Source: an uncultured delta proteobacterium (GTDB lineage: Bacteria > Desulfobacterota > Binatia > Binatales > Binataceae). Taken from it: a stretch of 64,000 nucleotides of DNA. Below the pieces are notes generated by a model. It was not told where the DNA came from. It made no database searches and saw nothing but the letters and a program-made list of their open reading frames with translations. Positions 34,127 through 44,138 of this stretch are shown in pieces (position 1 is the first letter of the stretch; each line of letters opens with the position of its first letter). The stretch covers positions 50,879 to 114,878 of the forward strand of contig CAWFDW010000003.1 of assembly GCA_963814715.1 (NCBI GenBank), read 5' to 3'. The position numbers were made by a program, and so were the translations under genes.

Positions 34127-34468
34127 ATGGCACGCAGCGACAACGACAATCTGATGAACAAGCTCCGCCAGATGAGCGAAGAAGGCATCACCGGCTTTTT
34201 CAACGAGATCATGTCGAACGACAGGATGCGCTCGAGTTTCGGCAAGGCCGGTGAACGCTTCATGGCGAACAAGCAGTCGTTCGATCGCAACGTCGAGCAG
34301 ATGCTCGACTTCGTCAACATTCCGTCGAAACGCGACGTGCGCGATCTGAAAGCGCGGCTCGATCATCTGAGCTCGCAACTGCTCAACCTCAGCATCAAGC
34401 TCGATCGCGTTCTCGATCACGAAGAGCCCGCCAAGCCCTCAGTTCGTCGCGCGAAGAAGTCGAGCTGA
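34127..34468 (+). CDS. phasin-like / PHA-granule-associated-protein-like coiled-coil protein
   Basis: ...IPSKRDVRDLKARLDHLSSQLLNLSIKLD resembles the PhaI/PhaF N-domain family. The ORF track start at 34118 is TTG; the ATG is at 34127. Confidence 0.45.
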   Translation: MARSDNDNLMNKLRQMSEEGITGFFNEIMSNDRMRSSFGKAGERFMANKQSFDRNVEQMLDFVNIPSKRDVRDLKARLDHLSSQLLNLSIKLDRVLDHEEPAKPSVRRAKKSS

Positions 34469-35576
34469 TCAGCCCTGCCGGATGCTGCGGCCTATTTCGT
34501 CGAGGTCCGCGATTGTGCGCGGCTCGCGGCCAAGGTCTGGCGCGACCATCAGTATCGCGCCGCTGGGAAGCGAATCGCGCAGCGCGGTCATCGAAACTTC
34601 CTCGCGCGTCTTCAGCGCCGCATAGTCGGCTAGATTGCGCTTCAGTTTTTTCTTGAGCGACGTCGCGATGCGCGCTGACGCCAATTCGGCGGCGTCGGGC
34701 AATTCGGCGATCACCCGATTGACGACCATCGCGGAAACGCGCAGCCCTGCATCTCTCGAGCGCGCCGATAAATTCGCGCGCCTGTGCGATTCGGCTCGAC
34801 TCCGCCGTGGTAACGATCACGATTGCCGTATCCTGTGCGCGCAGCTTGTCCTGCGCGCGCGCGGCGCGAGCCGAGAAGCCTTCGTACATCCCGTCGAAGC
34901 TGCGGACGAAAGATTGCACGTCGCTCAGCAGATTCAGTCCCGTCACCCGATCGAACGCCGCAAGCACGGCGCGCGCGGCAATATCCACCATCCGCAACTG
35001 GCTCCTGAATAGTCCTGCGGGCGCGCCGAGCAGACTGACGGCCCGCGAGTTGAGCAGTTCGAGCAGGCGCCGCGGCGCGTCAAGGAAATCGATCGCCTCG
35101 GTCGCGGGCGGGGTGTCGAGCACAATCAGGTCCGTGGCAGGATTGGCCGCCAGCTCGATCAATTTTTCCATCGCCATGTAATCCGCGACGCCGGCGAGCG
35201 CGCCCGACAGATTCCGGTAGATTCGATTCTCAAGAATAGTATCGCGCGCCGCGTCCGACAGCGCATAACGCGCGATGATCGAATCGAAGGTGCGCTTGGG
35301 ATCGAGCCGCAACGCGCGCAGCCGAGCACGCTCGCGCGTCTTGCTACGACGGCCCCGATGCACGTCGTCTAAAAAAACCTCCACCGGCTCGGACGAATCC
35401 TGCTCCAGCCCGAGTGCGTCGAGCAGGCGCGGCGCGGGATCTACCGTCATCACGTCGACCGCGCATCCGAGCATCGCTGCACGCACCGCAAGCGCGGCGC
35501 TGATGGTCGTCTTGCCGACGCCGCCCGGGCCAAGGCAGATCACGAGCTTTTGCGAGCGCAGGTCGAACGGTTTCAT
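34469..35576 (-). CDS. ArsA/GET3-family P-loop ATPase; frameshift ~34730
   Basis: LVICLGPGGVGKTTISAALAV Walker A plus an ArsA-type DTPP/DTAP segment. C-terminal 86 aa are in the adjacent ORF. Confidence 0.7.
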
Positions 35577-36457
35577 TGGTCGAGCAGCTCCGCATCGAGC
35601 ACGCGGCCGAGCTTCGTCAGTTCGGCCGGGCCAATGCTCGGCGTGAACATCATCGGCAGACTGATGGTCATCACGCCGGCTGCGGCGAAACGCGGCGCTA
35701 CGAGAGCCGCCTGTTCGTGTGCGGCATTTCGGCGTACCGCAAGCCGCGCATGCCCGCCGAGCGGACTCATAGCGGCCAGCTCCGCGGTGTCGAAGATCAA
35801 ATCGGGCACGCAGTTTACGATCGCCGCGACTGTGACGATACCGAGCCGCTCGCGAATCGTCGCCGCGGTTTCGAGTGCCTCGCGCACCGCAAGGTCTTCC
35901 GGAGTGGTGGTGATCACCGCGCCGAACCGTGTCGCGTCGTTGAGAAAGCTTTCGATCGAGTCAGCCAGCCGGTTGAGCGTGCCGGCCGGCGCGAGGTTCT
36001 TTACCCCCGACGAGACCGACAGCAGCTCGACGGCGCTGCCAGACGCCGGCGCATCGATCACCAGATAGCGATCCTCGAGCGCTGCGTCACCCCCCATAAT
36101 CCGCAGGCGTTCCAGAAGTAAGAAAGCCTCGAGCCCCGGCAGCGCCGCGGTGACGTACCCAAAAGTCCGGCTGCGCAGCATCCGGCGCGAGATCGCGCGG
36201 ACCGGGACAATCCGCCCGATGAACGCCTCAAGCTCTGCGCGCGGCGTCAGTGCAATCGCGTCGAGCGTGTCGGTGACCTTGACCGGCGTGGAATTCTTCG
36301 GAGTCGCGCCGAGCAGTGTGGCCGCCGACATCCGCCGGTCCAGGTCCGCGAGCGTCGTCGGCCGCCGCCGCGACAGCGCAAGCGCAATCGCGGCGGCCAC
36401 CGTACTCTTGCCGGTCCCCCCTTTGCCGGTTACGAACAAGACCCGCGGCAGCGTCAT
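35573..36457 (-). CDS. ArsA/GET3-family P-loop ATPase (second, shorter paralog)
   Basis: VLFVTGKGGTGKSTVAAAIALAL Walker A. Start overlaps the stop of the preceding gene by 4 nt. Intact. Confidence 0.75.
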   Translation of the reverse strand: MTLPRVLFVTGKGGTGKSTVAAAIALALSRRRPTTLADLDRRMSAATLLGATPKNSTPVKVTDTLDAIALTPRAELEAFIGRIVPVRAISRRMLRSRTFGYVTAALPGLEAFLLLERLRIMGGDAALEDRYLVIDAPASGSAVELLSVSSGVKNLAPAGTLNRLADSIESFLNDATRFGAVITTTPEDLAVREALETAATIRERLGIVTVAAIVNCVPDLIFDTAELAAMSPLGGHARLAVRRNAAHEQAALVAPRFAAAGVMTISLPMMFTPSIGPAELTKLGRVLDAELLDQ

Positions 36458-36495
36458 CGGCTAGAATGTAGGGGTCGCAGAGGTGGCAGTAAACC

Positions 36496-36732
36496 GTGAA
36501 CGAAACCAAACCGCCCGCGATCGCCTCGATGCTGATCGCGATACCGCCCGAGCAGATCGTGCTCTTCAAGTCGATCGTCGAGTCCTACGACAATCTCGCG
36601 ACCCTGCGGACCGAGGATCCCGCGCGGCATCACATGCGGATCTATTTCTCGGCGGATTCGCGCGACGAAGTCGAAGCGATGATGAAGTCGCTCGCGACGC
36701 AGTTCGAAATCGAAAGGATCGGGGAAGGGTAG
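36496..36732 (+). CDS. small conserved hypothetical protein (DUF4911-like), divergent from the ArsA pair
   Basis: MNETKPPAIASMLIAIPPEQIVLFKSIVESYDNLATLRTEDPARHHMRIYF... Family assignment is from memory and unverified. Confidence 0.4.
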   Translation: MNETKPPAIASMLIAIPPEQIVLFKSIVESYDNLATLRTEDPARHHMRIYFSADSRDEVEAMMKSLATQFEIERIGEG

Positions 36733-36750
36733 ATCAGGTCATTGGGGCGA

Positions 36751-36790
36751 GGAGTGCGGGCGAGGTGTCGTCGACACTCCGCCCGCCTCT
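36751..36790. terminator. bidirectional terminator-like nested hairpin between convergent genes
   Basis: GGAGTG...GCGGGCG..GTGTCGTCGACAC..CGCCCGC..CACTCC nested inverted repeats. Confidence 0.4.
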
Positions 36791-36799
36791 TGTGCCGGG

Positions 36800-37015
36800 T
36801 TAACGGCACATCCATCGATGATGATGACGGAAGTAGGGGTTCGCGCATGCCCACGGCCGATAGTACTCGATCGTCGTAAAGCCTGCGGGCGCGACGACCT
36901 GCTGCACCACCACCGGATGCACCGGTCGCACGACGACATCGGCGGCGGCGACATTCGGCATCGCCATCATGAAGAGCCCGAGAATTGTGGCAACTATGGT
37001 TGTGTAGAACTTCAT
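36800..37015 (-). CDS. small secreted hypothetical protein (signal peptide, His-rich C-terminus)
   Basis: MKFYTTIVATILGLFMMAMPNVAAADVV... GGAGAG Shine-Dalgarno upstream. Confidence 0.5.
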   Translation of the reverse strand: MKFYTTIVATILGLFMMAMPNVAAADVVVRPVHPVVVQQVVAPAGFTTIEYYRPWACANPYFRHHHRWMCR

Positions 37016-37439
37016 AAATGTCTCTCCTGCCCTGAATACGGATGCACGTAATCAACGGTTACGAAGTCTAAACGCCCGTTAATGCACGCCTTTTGTTCAT
37101 GAGGAGATATCGCAAGCAAACATTTATGGGGTTGCCTGCGCGATCAGCCTGCCTTCACTCTTGACACGGACTGATGAGCTAACGACGGCTTACGCGGCTC
37201 TTGAGCTATATTGTAGCTATTTTGCACTACAACTAGTAGCAGACTAGCCACAAATGGCTACTAGCCACCTACAGAAAGGTATAGAACTGAACAAACAGGC
37301 GGAGAATTGATTTGGCATTCTGATTGCTCTGCTCGTTGGGCCGACCGGTCTTTGCTTCGCTGTCGAGGGGCAGCACCGAGTGCGGCGGGTTCCGGACTCT
37401 CGTTGGTCCTGTTCTGTTGAACAAAAGATTGGGGTGTCT

Positions 37440-38732
37440 ATGAAGAAGATCCTCGGTAATCCTCGTAGCCAGACAACCATTTTCAGGACGACACAAGCAT
37501 ACGAGACCGTAGGCTCGATGCGAGGTAGCTCCGGACAAGTTCTCGTCCTCGCGACCATTGGGATGGTAATGCTGCTGGCATTCGCCGGTTTGGCCGTTGA
37601 CGTGGGACAGTTTTGGAGCGCCCGGCGGCAAATGCAGACTGCCGCGGATGCCGCGGCACTCGCAGGGGCCATGGCGCTGCGCCGCTCCCTGTCACCGAGT
37701 GCTGCCGCTGACGCCGTCACCACGACCAATGGCTTCACGGATGGAACCAATAACGTCACGGTCACAGTCAACAATCCGCCTGCGAGCGGAGTATACGCTG
37801 GCAATGCGAACTATGTAGAGGTCATCGTCAGCCAACCCCAGCCTACTTACTTCATGCGGGCGCTTGGCTACAGCTCGATCCCGGTAGCCACGAGATCGGT
37901 GGCGAGTTCGGTGAACGGTCCGGCTTGCCTGTACGCCTTGGATCCGACCGCTTCCGGCGCTATCACGGTCGCTGGCAGCAGCGCGACCACGCTTACATGC
38001 GGGGCGATTGACGACTCGAGCGCCTCGAGTGCTCTCAACTCCAACGGTGGAGGGACTCTTGTCGCCAGCAATATCGGAGTGAATGGCGGCTATTCGGGTA
38101 GCGGATTTACGCCGACCCCAGTTACAGGTGTCGCTCCCGCTCCTGACCCGCTGTCTTATCTGCAACCTCCGACCGTCGGTGCGTGCGACCAAACGAGCCC
38201 TTTAACACCCGGCAACTCCAAGGGAGCCAATGACGTCTGGCCTGGAACCTATTGCGGTGGCATCAACATCCAGGGGAACAATCCCGTCCTCTTCCATCCG
38301 GGAGTGTACATAGTGATGAACGGCATCCACGTGACTGCCAGCAAACCGAACTTTTCAGGGACCGGGGTTATGTTCTACAACACGCAGAAGCTCCCCTCGT
38401 ATCCATACGGACCGATTGTCCTGGGTGGATCTAATACCACCAATCTTAGCGCACCGACCTCGGGTCCTTACGAAGGGATTCTCTTCTTCCAGGATCGAAG
38501 CATTCCAGTCGGATCCAATGGCAGTAAAATAACCGGAGCGGCAGGGTCAACGTTTGACGGAACAATCTACTTCTCCACTACCAGCGTTGAGTACGGGGGA
38601 AACAGCAGCTCTGCCGGTTACACGATCATCGTGGCCGACACGCTGAAAATAGATGGAGGCAGCACGCTCAGCGACAACTATTCCTCGCTATCCGATGGAT
38701 CGCCCATCAGGTCGACGGCTCTATATGAATAA
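37440..38732 (+). CDS. tadG: TadG-like Flp-pilus assembly protein / pseudopilin (TadE/G N-domain)
   Basis: SGQVLVLATIGMVMLLAFAGLAVDVGQFWSARRQMQTAADAAALAGA is the TadG N-terminal signature. Ser/Thr/Gly/Asn-rich C-terminal region. Lower GC than the flanks. Confidence 0.75.
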   Translation: MKKILGNPRSQTTIFRTTQAYETVGSMRGSSGQVLVLATIGMVMLLAFAGLAVDVGQFWSARRQMQTAADAAALAGAMALRRSLSPSAAADAVTTTNGFTDGTNNVTVTVNNPPASGVYAGNANYVEVIVSQPQPTYFMRALGYSSIPVATRSVASSVNGPACLYALDPTASGAITVAGSSATTLTCGAIDDSSASSALNSNGGGTLVASNIGVNGGYSGSGFTPTPVTGVAPAPDPLSYLQPPTVGACDQTSPLTPGNSKGANDVWPGTYCGGINIQGNNPVLFHPGVYIVMNGIHVTASKPNFSGTGVMFYNTQKLPSYPYGPIVLGGSNTTNLSAPTSGPYEGILFFQDRSIPVGSNGSKITGAAGSTFDGTIYFSTTSVEYGGNSSSAGYTIIVADTLKIDGGSTLSDNYSSLSDGSPIRSTALYE

Positions 38733-39192
38733 TCATTACCGACGATCAGAGAAACGCGTCCGCGCCTTCGCGAAGGGCCAGTCGCTGGTGGAAATGGCAG
38801 CGGTGTTACCAGTGCTTGCAATATTGCTCGTGGTAGCCGCTGACTTCGGGCGCCTCTATTACACAAACATCGAGGTTATCGAAGCGGCACGAGCCGGTGC
38901 TCAGTATGGATCGCAGAGCGTGACCACCGCCGCCAATCTTCATGGCATGCAGACCGCCGCCCAGAACGACGCAGTCAACGTGCCCGGCATGGGCGCCGTC
39001 GCATCACAGTGTACGTGCGCAACTGGCAGCACTGTCACAGCGTGTCCCACGAGTTATTGCACGGGCAGTCCTGCTGGAGCGACGTTCGTTGAAGTCGACA
39101 CTTCGACGACGTTCAACACCCTGGTTTCCTATCCCGGAGTTCCTTCCTCGGTGCCGCTCTCCGGAAAAGCCGTGATGATGGTGGCGAATTGA
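38725..39192 (+). CDS. tadE: TadE-family pilus assembly protein
   Basis: ...FAKGQSLVEMAAVLPVLAILLVVAADFGRLYYTNIEVIEAARAGAQYG. The ATG overlaps the tadG stop codon (ATGAATAA). Confidence 0.7.
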   Translation: MNNHYRRSEKRVRAFAKGQSLVEMAAVLPVLAILLVVAADFGRLYYTNIEVIEAARAGAQYGSQSVTTAANLHGMQTAAQNDAVNVPGMGAVASQCTCATGSTVTACPTSYCTGSPAGATFVEVDTSTTFNTLVSYPGVPSSVPLSGKAVMMVAN

Positions 39193-39194
39193 AT

Positions 39195-39626
39195 ATGATT
39201 GAAAATTTCAGAAAGCATTTGAGAAAGAGCAGCGCCGGTGATTCGGTGACCGAATTCGCAATGATCGGAACTTTGTTGTTCATGATGATGTTCGGCGTGA
39301 TGACCATGGGTTCGGCGGTCTATTCGTACAACACAATTTCCAGCGCTGCTCGCGAAGCCGTCCGCTTCGCAGCCGTCCATTCAGCGACTAGCGCGGCTCC
39401 CGCGACTAGCCGATCAGATCAAGCAGAGAGGCGATGGATTATGCGCAGGGCGTGAACTTGGTCGTCCAGTGACGTACACGTGTCCTGGCCCGCGGACCCG
39501 AACGTCGGAATGACGAAAGGCGACGCCCAGGTCCAGATCTCATACACCTACAATCTGAAGGTCCCGTTCATGAGTCCGGTTGCTCTGGGCCTTACCAGCA
39601 CATCGCGCATGCTCGTCTCGCAATGA
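39195..39626 (+). CDS. TadE-family pilus assembly protein (second); frameshift ~39400-39460
   Basis: N-terminus ...SAGDSVTEFAMIGTLLFMMMFGVMTMGSAVYSYNTISSAAREAVRFAAVH. The typical C-terminal segment ...DVHVSWPADPN...QVQISYTYNLKVPFMSPVALGLTSTSRMLVSQ* is in another frame. Confidence 0.6.
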
Positions 39627-39679
39627 AAGGGGCGGATTCTACAAATTGCATCGTCATTAACCAGGGAGGTTGAAAAAGA

Positions 39680-40208
39680 ATGAAGTTCGAGAAACTGATA
39701 ACCAGCGCCGCGGGCGCAGCTGCGATCATAGTCATCGCAACTGCTCCGGCCGCGCTCGCCAAGGGGAAACCCAAGGGATCGCCGAACCAGTTTAGCGTAG
39801 GATGCGGCGACGGAACGATTGTTGTTACGCCGGAAATCCTATGGCCGCCGAATCACAAGCTAAAAACGATTGGCATCACCTACGTCGAGACCGTTTCCGA
39901 TGCGGATACGATCTCGTTGACGATCAATTCGATCACCGACGATCAGATTGCCAAAGATCCGGGTACCGCCGGCTCAGCCCGATAGCTGCGGACCGGCAGC
40001 AGACGATTGGGTGTTCGACAGCACTCCCGTGACTAACACCGACCCCAACGCGGCCGCGACCACGGTTCAGGTCCGGGCCGAACGATGCGGGAGTCTCGGC
40101 GACCGCCACTACGATATCAACCTGACCTGCGGCAATGCCGATGGTGCGCCGACTACGATCGACGTGCCGGTAGTCGTGCCGCACAACCATCCCAAGCACA
40201 CGCACTAG
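39680..40208 (+). CDS. secreted hypothetical protein (signal peptide; LWPPNHKL motif); frameshift ~39960
   Basis: MKFEKLITSAAGAAAIIVIATAPAALA signal peptide. The two ORF pieces are collinear. Function unknown; adjacent to the tad genes. Confidence 0.45.
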
Positions 40209-40232
40209 AACCTCGCGAGCGTCGCTTTCAAA

Positions 40233-40261
40233 CCGCCCGGTTTCCTCGTGAAGCCGGGCGG
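40233..40261 (+). terminator. terminator-like hairpin (CCGCCCGG-13 nt loop-CCGGGCGG)
   Basis: Perfect 8-bp inverted repeat 25 nt after the stop at 40208. No U-tract. Confidence 0.4.
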
Positions 40262-40304
40262 TGCGCCTGCTGACTCCAGGCCCCCGACGGATTGAATGCC
40301 GTTC

Positions 40305-40400
40305 AACCTTGCGCGATGAGCAGCGCGATCAACACGATCAGCGCGAACACCAGTCTCACTTCAACCGCGTCGCGTACCAACGGATCCTTGCTGGTCATTG
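40305..40400 (-). CDS. 31-aa single-TM small membrane peptide (MTSKDPLVRDAVEVRLVFALIVLIALLIAQG)
   Basis: Perfect Shine-Dalgarno GGAGGA 6 nt upstream of the ATG at 40400 on the minus strand. Polar N-terminus plus one hydrophobic helix. Confidence 0.4.
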
Positions 40401-40493
40401 GAAATCCTCCTGGTTCCAGTACGAACGCGCGGTCGATTTGGTTATTAACGGATCGTAAGGCGCGGGTCCGAAGAGCGGGAGACCAATACTGGA

Positions 40494-42894
40494 TCAGACG
40501 GTGATCGCGACGGCGTAGTCGCGGCCTTCCCATTGGCCGGTCTCGCGCCAGTTGAAGGTGAAGCGAATCGGCGCTTTGGCGTCCGCCCCGATTTCGATAT
40601 CGACGTATTCGAAGCCAATTGGGGTCGATGTCGATCCGATGTCATTGATGTGCCGCCATTCGTCGTCGGACCAATGCAACGTGAACGGTGCGGTCGCCTG
40701 GATGCGCAGGCGGTCGCCGGGTGACACCGACGAGACATGGCGATCGGATTTCCATACACGCAGACGGCTCGGCTTTCGACCGGCCTTCAGGTAGCGGTCC
40801 CGGACTTCGTCGAGCATGTCGAATACGCGGCCGTCGGATGCCGATCGCAGCAGCTTGATGTACTCGGCGTGCGCCCACATCAGCGGCGTCGCGCTGCCGG
40901 TCTGCCCGCCGAATTTGAGTAGTCGGCGCGGAAGGTCCGGCTGATCCCAGATTTGTTCGGGCAGCAACTGCGTCGAATTCGCAAACCGTTCCATCGCCTG
41001 CAGATAGCGCGTCGGATCGCGTCCAGCTGCGAGTTCGTAATGTCCGCGCTCGCCCGTCAGCAGCGGCCACGGACGTCCGCGCCCCCATCCGAGGAACGGG
41101 CCGCCGTTGTCGCGCTGGCCGTAGCCGTCGTGAGTATAACGCCGCCAGCACGGGCCGGCGGGGAAGTCGGTCTTGAGCACGGCGTCGATGACGCGCAGCG
41201 AATCTTCCATCAGTGGGTCGCCAGCTTTGCGAACGCCGTAGCGGACCAGTTCGAGAAATCCGCCGTCAACGATTTCCGCGACGGGGAATTCGGCCTGCTC
41301 GCCGGGCCCACGATTGTGAATCAGGACGCGCTTGCCCTCGATGCTTTCCGCGGCGTCGGGATCGGCGATGTCGATCGGGTTGATGCGGACGTAGTGGCGC
41401 TTGATGCCGGGGACTAGGAAGCCTTCGTTCGTGACGGTCCATCTTTCGATGTTCGCCTCAAGGAAGTCGGCGTACTCCTCGAGGAATTGCGCGGTCACGA
41501 GGTCTCCACGATCGCGCGCGAAGCATGCAGCGCAGACCAGTCCGGCAACATTGGCGGCCAGCGTCGAGGGCGAGTAGCCGGCGTTCTCTTCCCATCGCTC
41601 CTGCGGAGTCGGCGGTCCGTTGTCGATCAGAAAGTGAGCCGCGCGGAGCACCATCGGCATACGGATCGAAATCCTTGAGCGCGCCCTTCTTGTGCATCCG
41701 CCATGCGAGCATGATCGGGAACGAAACTTCGTCGAGCTGAATACCGTTCCAGTAGGGCTTGCCGTCGATCCAGAAATTCTGCGGAAAACCGCCGTCCGGA
41801 CGCTGTGCACACGCGAGGTAAATCAGCGCGCGCAACGCAGTCGAGACGTCGCCGGTGGCGGCCAATCCGGTCACGCTGTTGACCATGTCGCGGGTCCACA
41901 CGAGATGGTATCCGCCGAGATCTTCGTCGCTCTTGGCCTCGCCCCACGGGATGCTGAGCGAGGCGATCAGCGCGCCGGGATAGGTCTTGTCTTCGTGCGC
42001 GAGCAGCAGTTCGCATCCGCGGCGATACAGCTTACCGCCGTCGCCGGAAAATTTGTCGAGCGGCGCGAAATGACGGCATGCGCGATCCCATTGCTCGAGG
42101 AAGCGGGTGCGATGTTCGGAGAAAGGATCGGCGAGCGACTGATACAACGTAGTCACCGCGCGATTTAGCTCGCGGCCGAAGCCAAGCCCAAGCGTGAACG
42201 CGTAGCCTTTGCGCAAATCGATCTCGGCGGTCAGCGCGATATTGCCATCGAGCGCGGCTGCGAACTGATAGTCCATCTTGAAGTTGGCTTTCAGGTCCTG
42301 CCATCCGTCGGTGATACCGACGTATCCGCATGAAGTCCTGAGAAACGGCGCACCGGTTCCCAGCGCCAGCCAGACGCCGTCCTTGTTCGCGGTCAGGAAC
42401 TCGTGGCCGACGATGCTTGTCAGGTATCCGTTGTTACCCCATCCGCCGACGCCCAGATGGGGCGCGAGCAGCACATAGAGATGAAGTTTTTTCAGCAGCT
42501 CCGGGTCGCCCTCGAGTCGCGCGTTGATCAGCAGGGTCGGCTGATGTGGATCGGTGATGACTTCCTTGAACAGAGAATAGCGGCCATCGGGCGAATGGCT
42601 GACGATTTTAACCCCGAGGCCGACGTCGCCGATGTACTCGGTGGTGGATTGCAGATGGCGCCGTTCCTCGTGGAAAAAAGTCTCGCCGTCGGTGATCAGA
42701 AACTGGAGATCGCGGACCTGCGGCGAATCGATGGTGGGAAAATAGATCTCGTTGAGAACTCCGATCGAGGTGGTGAACCATAGCCGGCTCGCGGACGAAT
42801 ATGCCGTGCAGACTGCGTCCTTGGCGCTGCGGGTCCATCGCGGCGGGATGCCGGGCGCGCCGGTGGCGACGGGCGATGTCTGGATTTTTGCCAT
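40494..42894 (-). CDS. bacterial glucoamylase / glucodextranase (GH15) with N-terminal beta-sandwich domain; frameshift ~41640-41810
   Basis: Two long collinear ORFs (478 + 438 aa) with (alpha/alpha)6-barrel GH15 motifs (...GYHLVWTRD..., ...LLPEQIWD..., ...PLMWAHAEYI...). Confidence 0.75.
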
Positions 42895-42921
42895 AGAGCT
42901 TCCGTTCGGTTCGCCGCGCGC

Positions 42922-43740
42922 TCAGACAACTTCGGGTTGTGGCGGCTTTGGAGTCGTCGCGGTGGATTTCTCCGCAGGCTCGATTCGGAACATCCACGCG
43001 ACGCCAACACTGATCGCATACAGCAACAGCAGCGGTATCGCGAGCAGAAACTGCGAGATCATGTCGGGCGGAGTGAGCGCCGCGGAGACGATGAAGATGA
43101 CGAGGATCGCATAGCGCCAGTAGCTCAGCATCATCTTGTAATCGATCATCCCGAGCTTGGTGAAGAAGAACGCGAAAATCGGCATCTCGAACGTCAGCGC
43201 GAACGCGAGCAGCAGCTTCGATGAGAACGCGAGATACTCGCTGATGCGAATTGTCGGAGTGACCCCGATGCTCGCGTACTGACCGAGGAAGAACGCGTAG
43301 CCGACCTTGAAAACGACGGCCCAGCAGAAATATCCGCCGAGCACGAAAAAGATCGTCGCAAAGAAAACGAACGGCTTCGCCATTTTGCGCTCGGTTTCAT
43401 ACAAACCCGGCGCGATGAATTTCCAGACCTCATAAAATACCGCGGGACTCGCGATGAACAGCCCCGCGATCAGCGCAACTTTGATCTTCGTGTAGAACGC
43501 CTCGCCGACGCCCGTGCCGATCAGCAGTACCTTGCCGCCGGAGACCTCGCGTATCGGCCAGGTCAGCATGTGAAACAGCGGATCGGCAATCAGGTACGCG
43601 ACGATGAAGCCGACGCCGATCGCGATGAACGCGCGAATCAGCCGCGTGCGAAGTTCCTTCAGATGCTCGATCAGCGACATCCCGGCCTGTTCGGGTGTCG
43701 CCTCGATGACCGCTGGCGGTGTGATATCCTCGCTAGGCAC
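42922..43740 (-). CDS. tatC: twin-arginine translocase subunit TatC
   Basis: 6-TM protein with conserved TatC N-terminal region (MSLIEHLKELRTRLIRAFIAIGVGFIVAY...). Intact. Confidence 0.9.
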   Translation of the reverse strand: MPSEDITPPAVIEATPEQAGMSLIEHLKELRTRLIRAFIAIGVGFIVAYLIADPLFHMLTWPIREVSGGKVLLIGTGVGEAFYTKIKVALIAGLFIASPAVFYEVWKFIAPGLYETERKMAKPFVFFATIFFVLGGYFCWAVVFKVGYAFFLGQYASIGVTPTIRISEYLAFSSKLLLAFALTFEMPIFAFFFTKLGMIDYKMMLSYWRYAILVIFIVSAALTPPDMISQFLLAIPLLLLYAISVGVAWMFRIEPAEKSTATTPKPPQPEVV

Positions 43741-43756
43741 GATGCGGGATGACCAG

Positions 43757-44019
43757 CTATTTATTCTCGGTCGGCTGGGTAGCCGCGGGCGCGGGTGGCG
43801 GTTTCACAGCCTCAGGCGAGGACTTTGGTGGCGCAGGAATGTTAGCAGGCGGAGTGTTTGCGGTCGGCTCTTCGAGCACGTCGGTCAGTTCGTGCAGGAC
43901 GGTATTGCTCGCCAGGCGCAGCTCGCGCAGGATTTTTCCGACCGTGCGCATAACTTCGGGCAGGCGCTCGGGGCCGACGACAATCAGCGCGATCGCGAGA
44001 ATCAGAGCTATTTCAAAAA
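43757..44019 (-). CDS. tatA: twin-arginine translocase TatA/TatB-family protein
   Basis: (L/M)PDLFEIALILAIALIVVGPERLPEVMRTVGKILRELR is the TatA/B signature (TM helix plus hinge G-P, amphipathic helix). Start is probably TTG at 44019; the alternative is TTG at 44080. Confidence 0.7.
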
Positions 44020-44138
44020 GGTCCGGCAAACTTCGATGACCACCGACAGATGCAATGCAATGACTTACCGCGGCGCGCAAAAATTCCGCATATCCGCGCC
44101 ATGCCAGTTAATCATCATACCCGACTGGGGTGTCAACG

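Noticed and set aside
40303-40533. 76-aa minus-strand ORF as listed in the track
   Set aside because: The N-terminal 45 aa lack a ribosome-binding site and are Arg-rich. An internal ATG with a perfect GGAGGA Shine-Dalgarno defines a more plausible 31-aa peptide.
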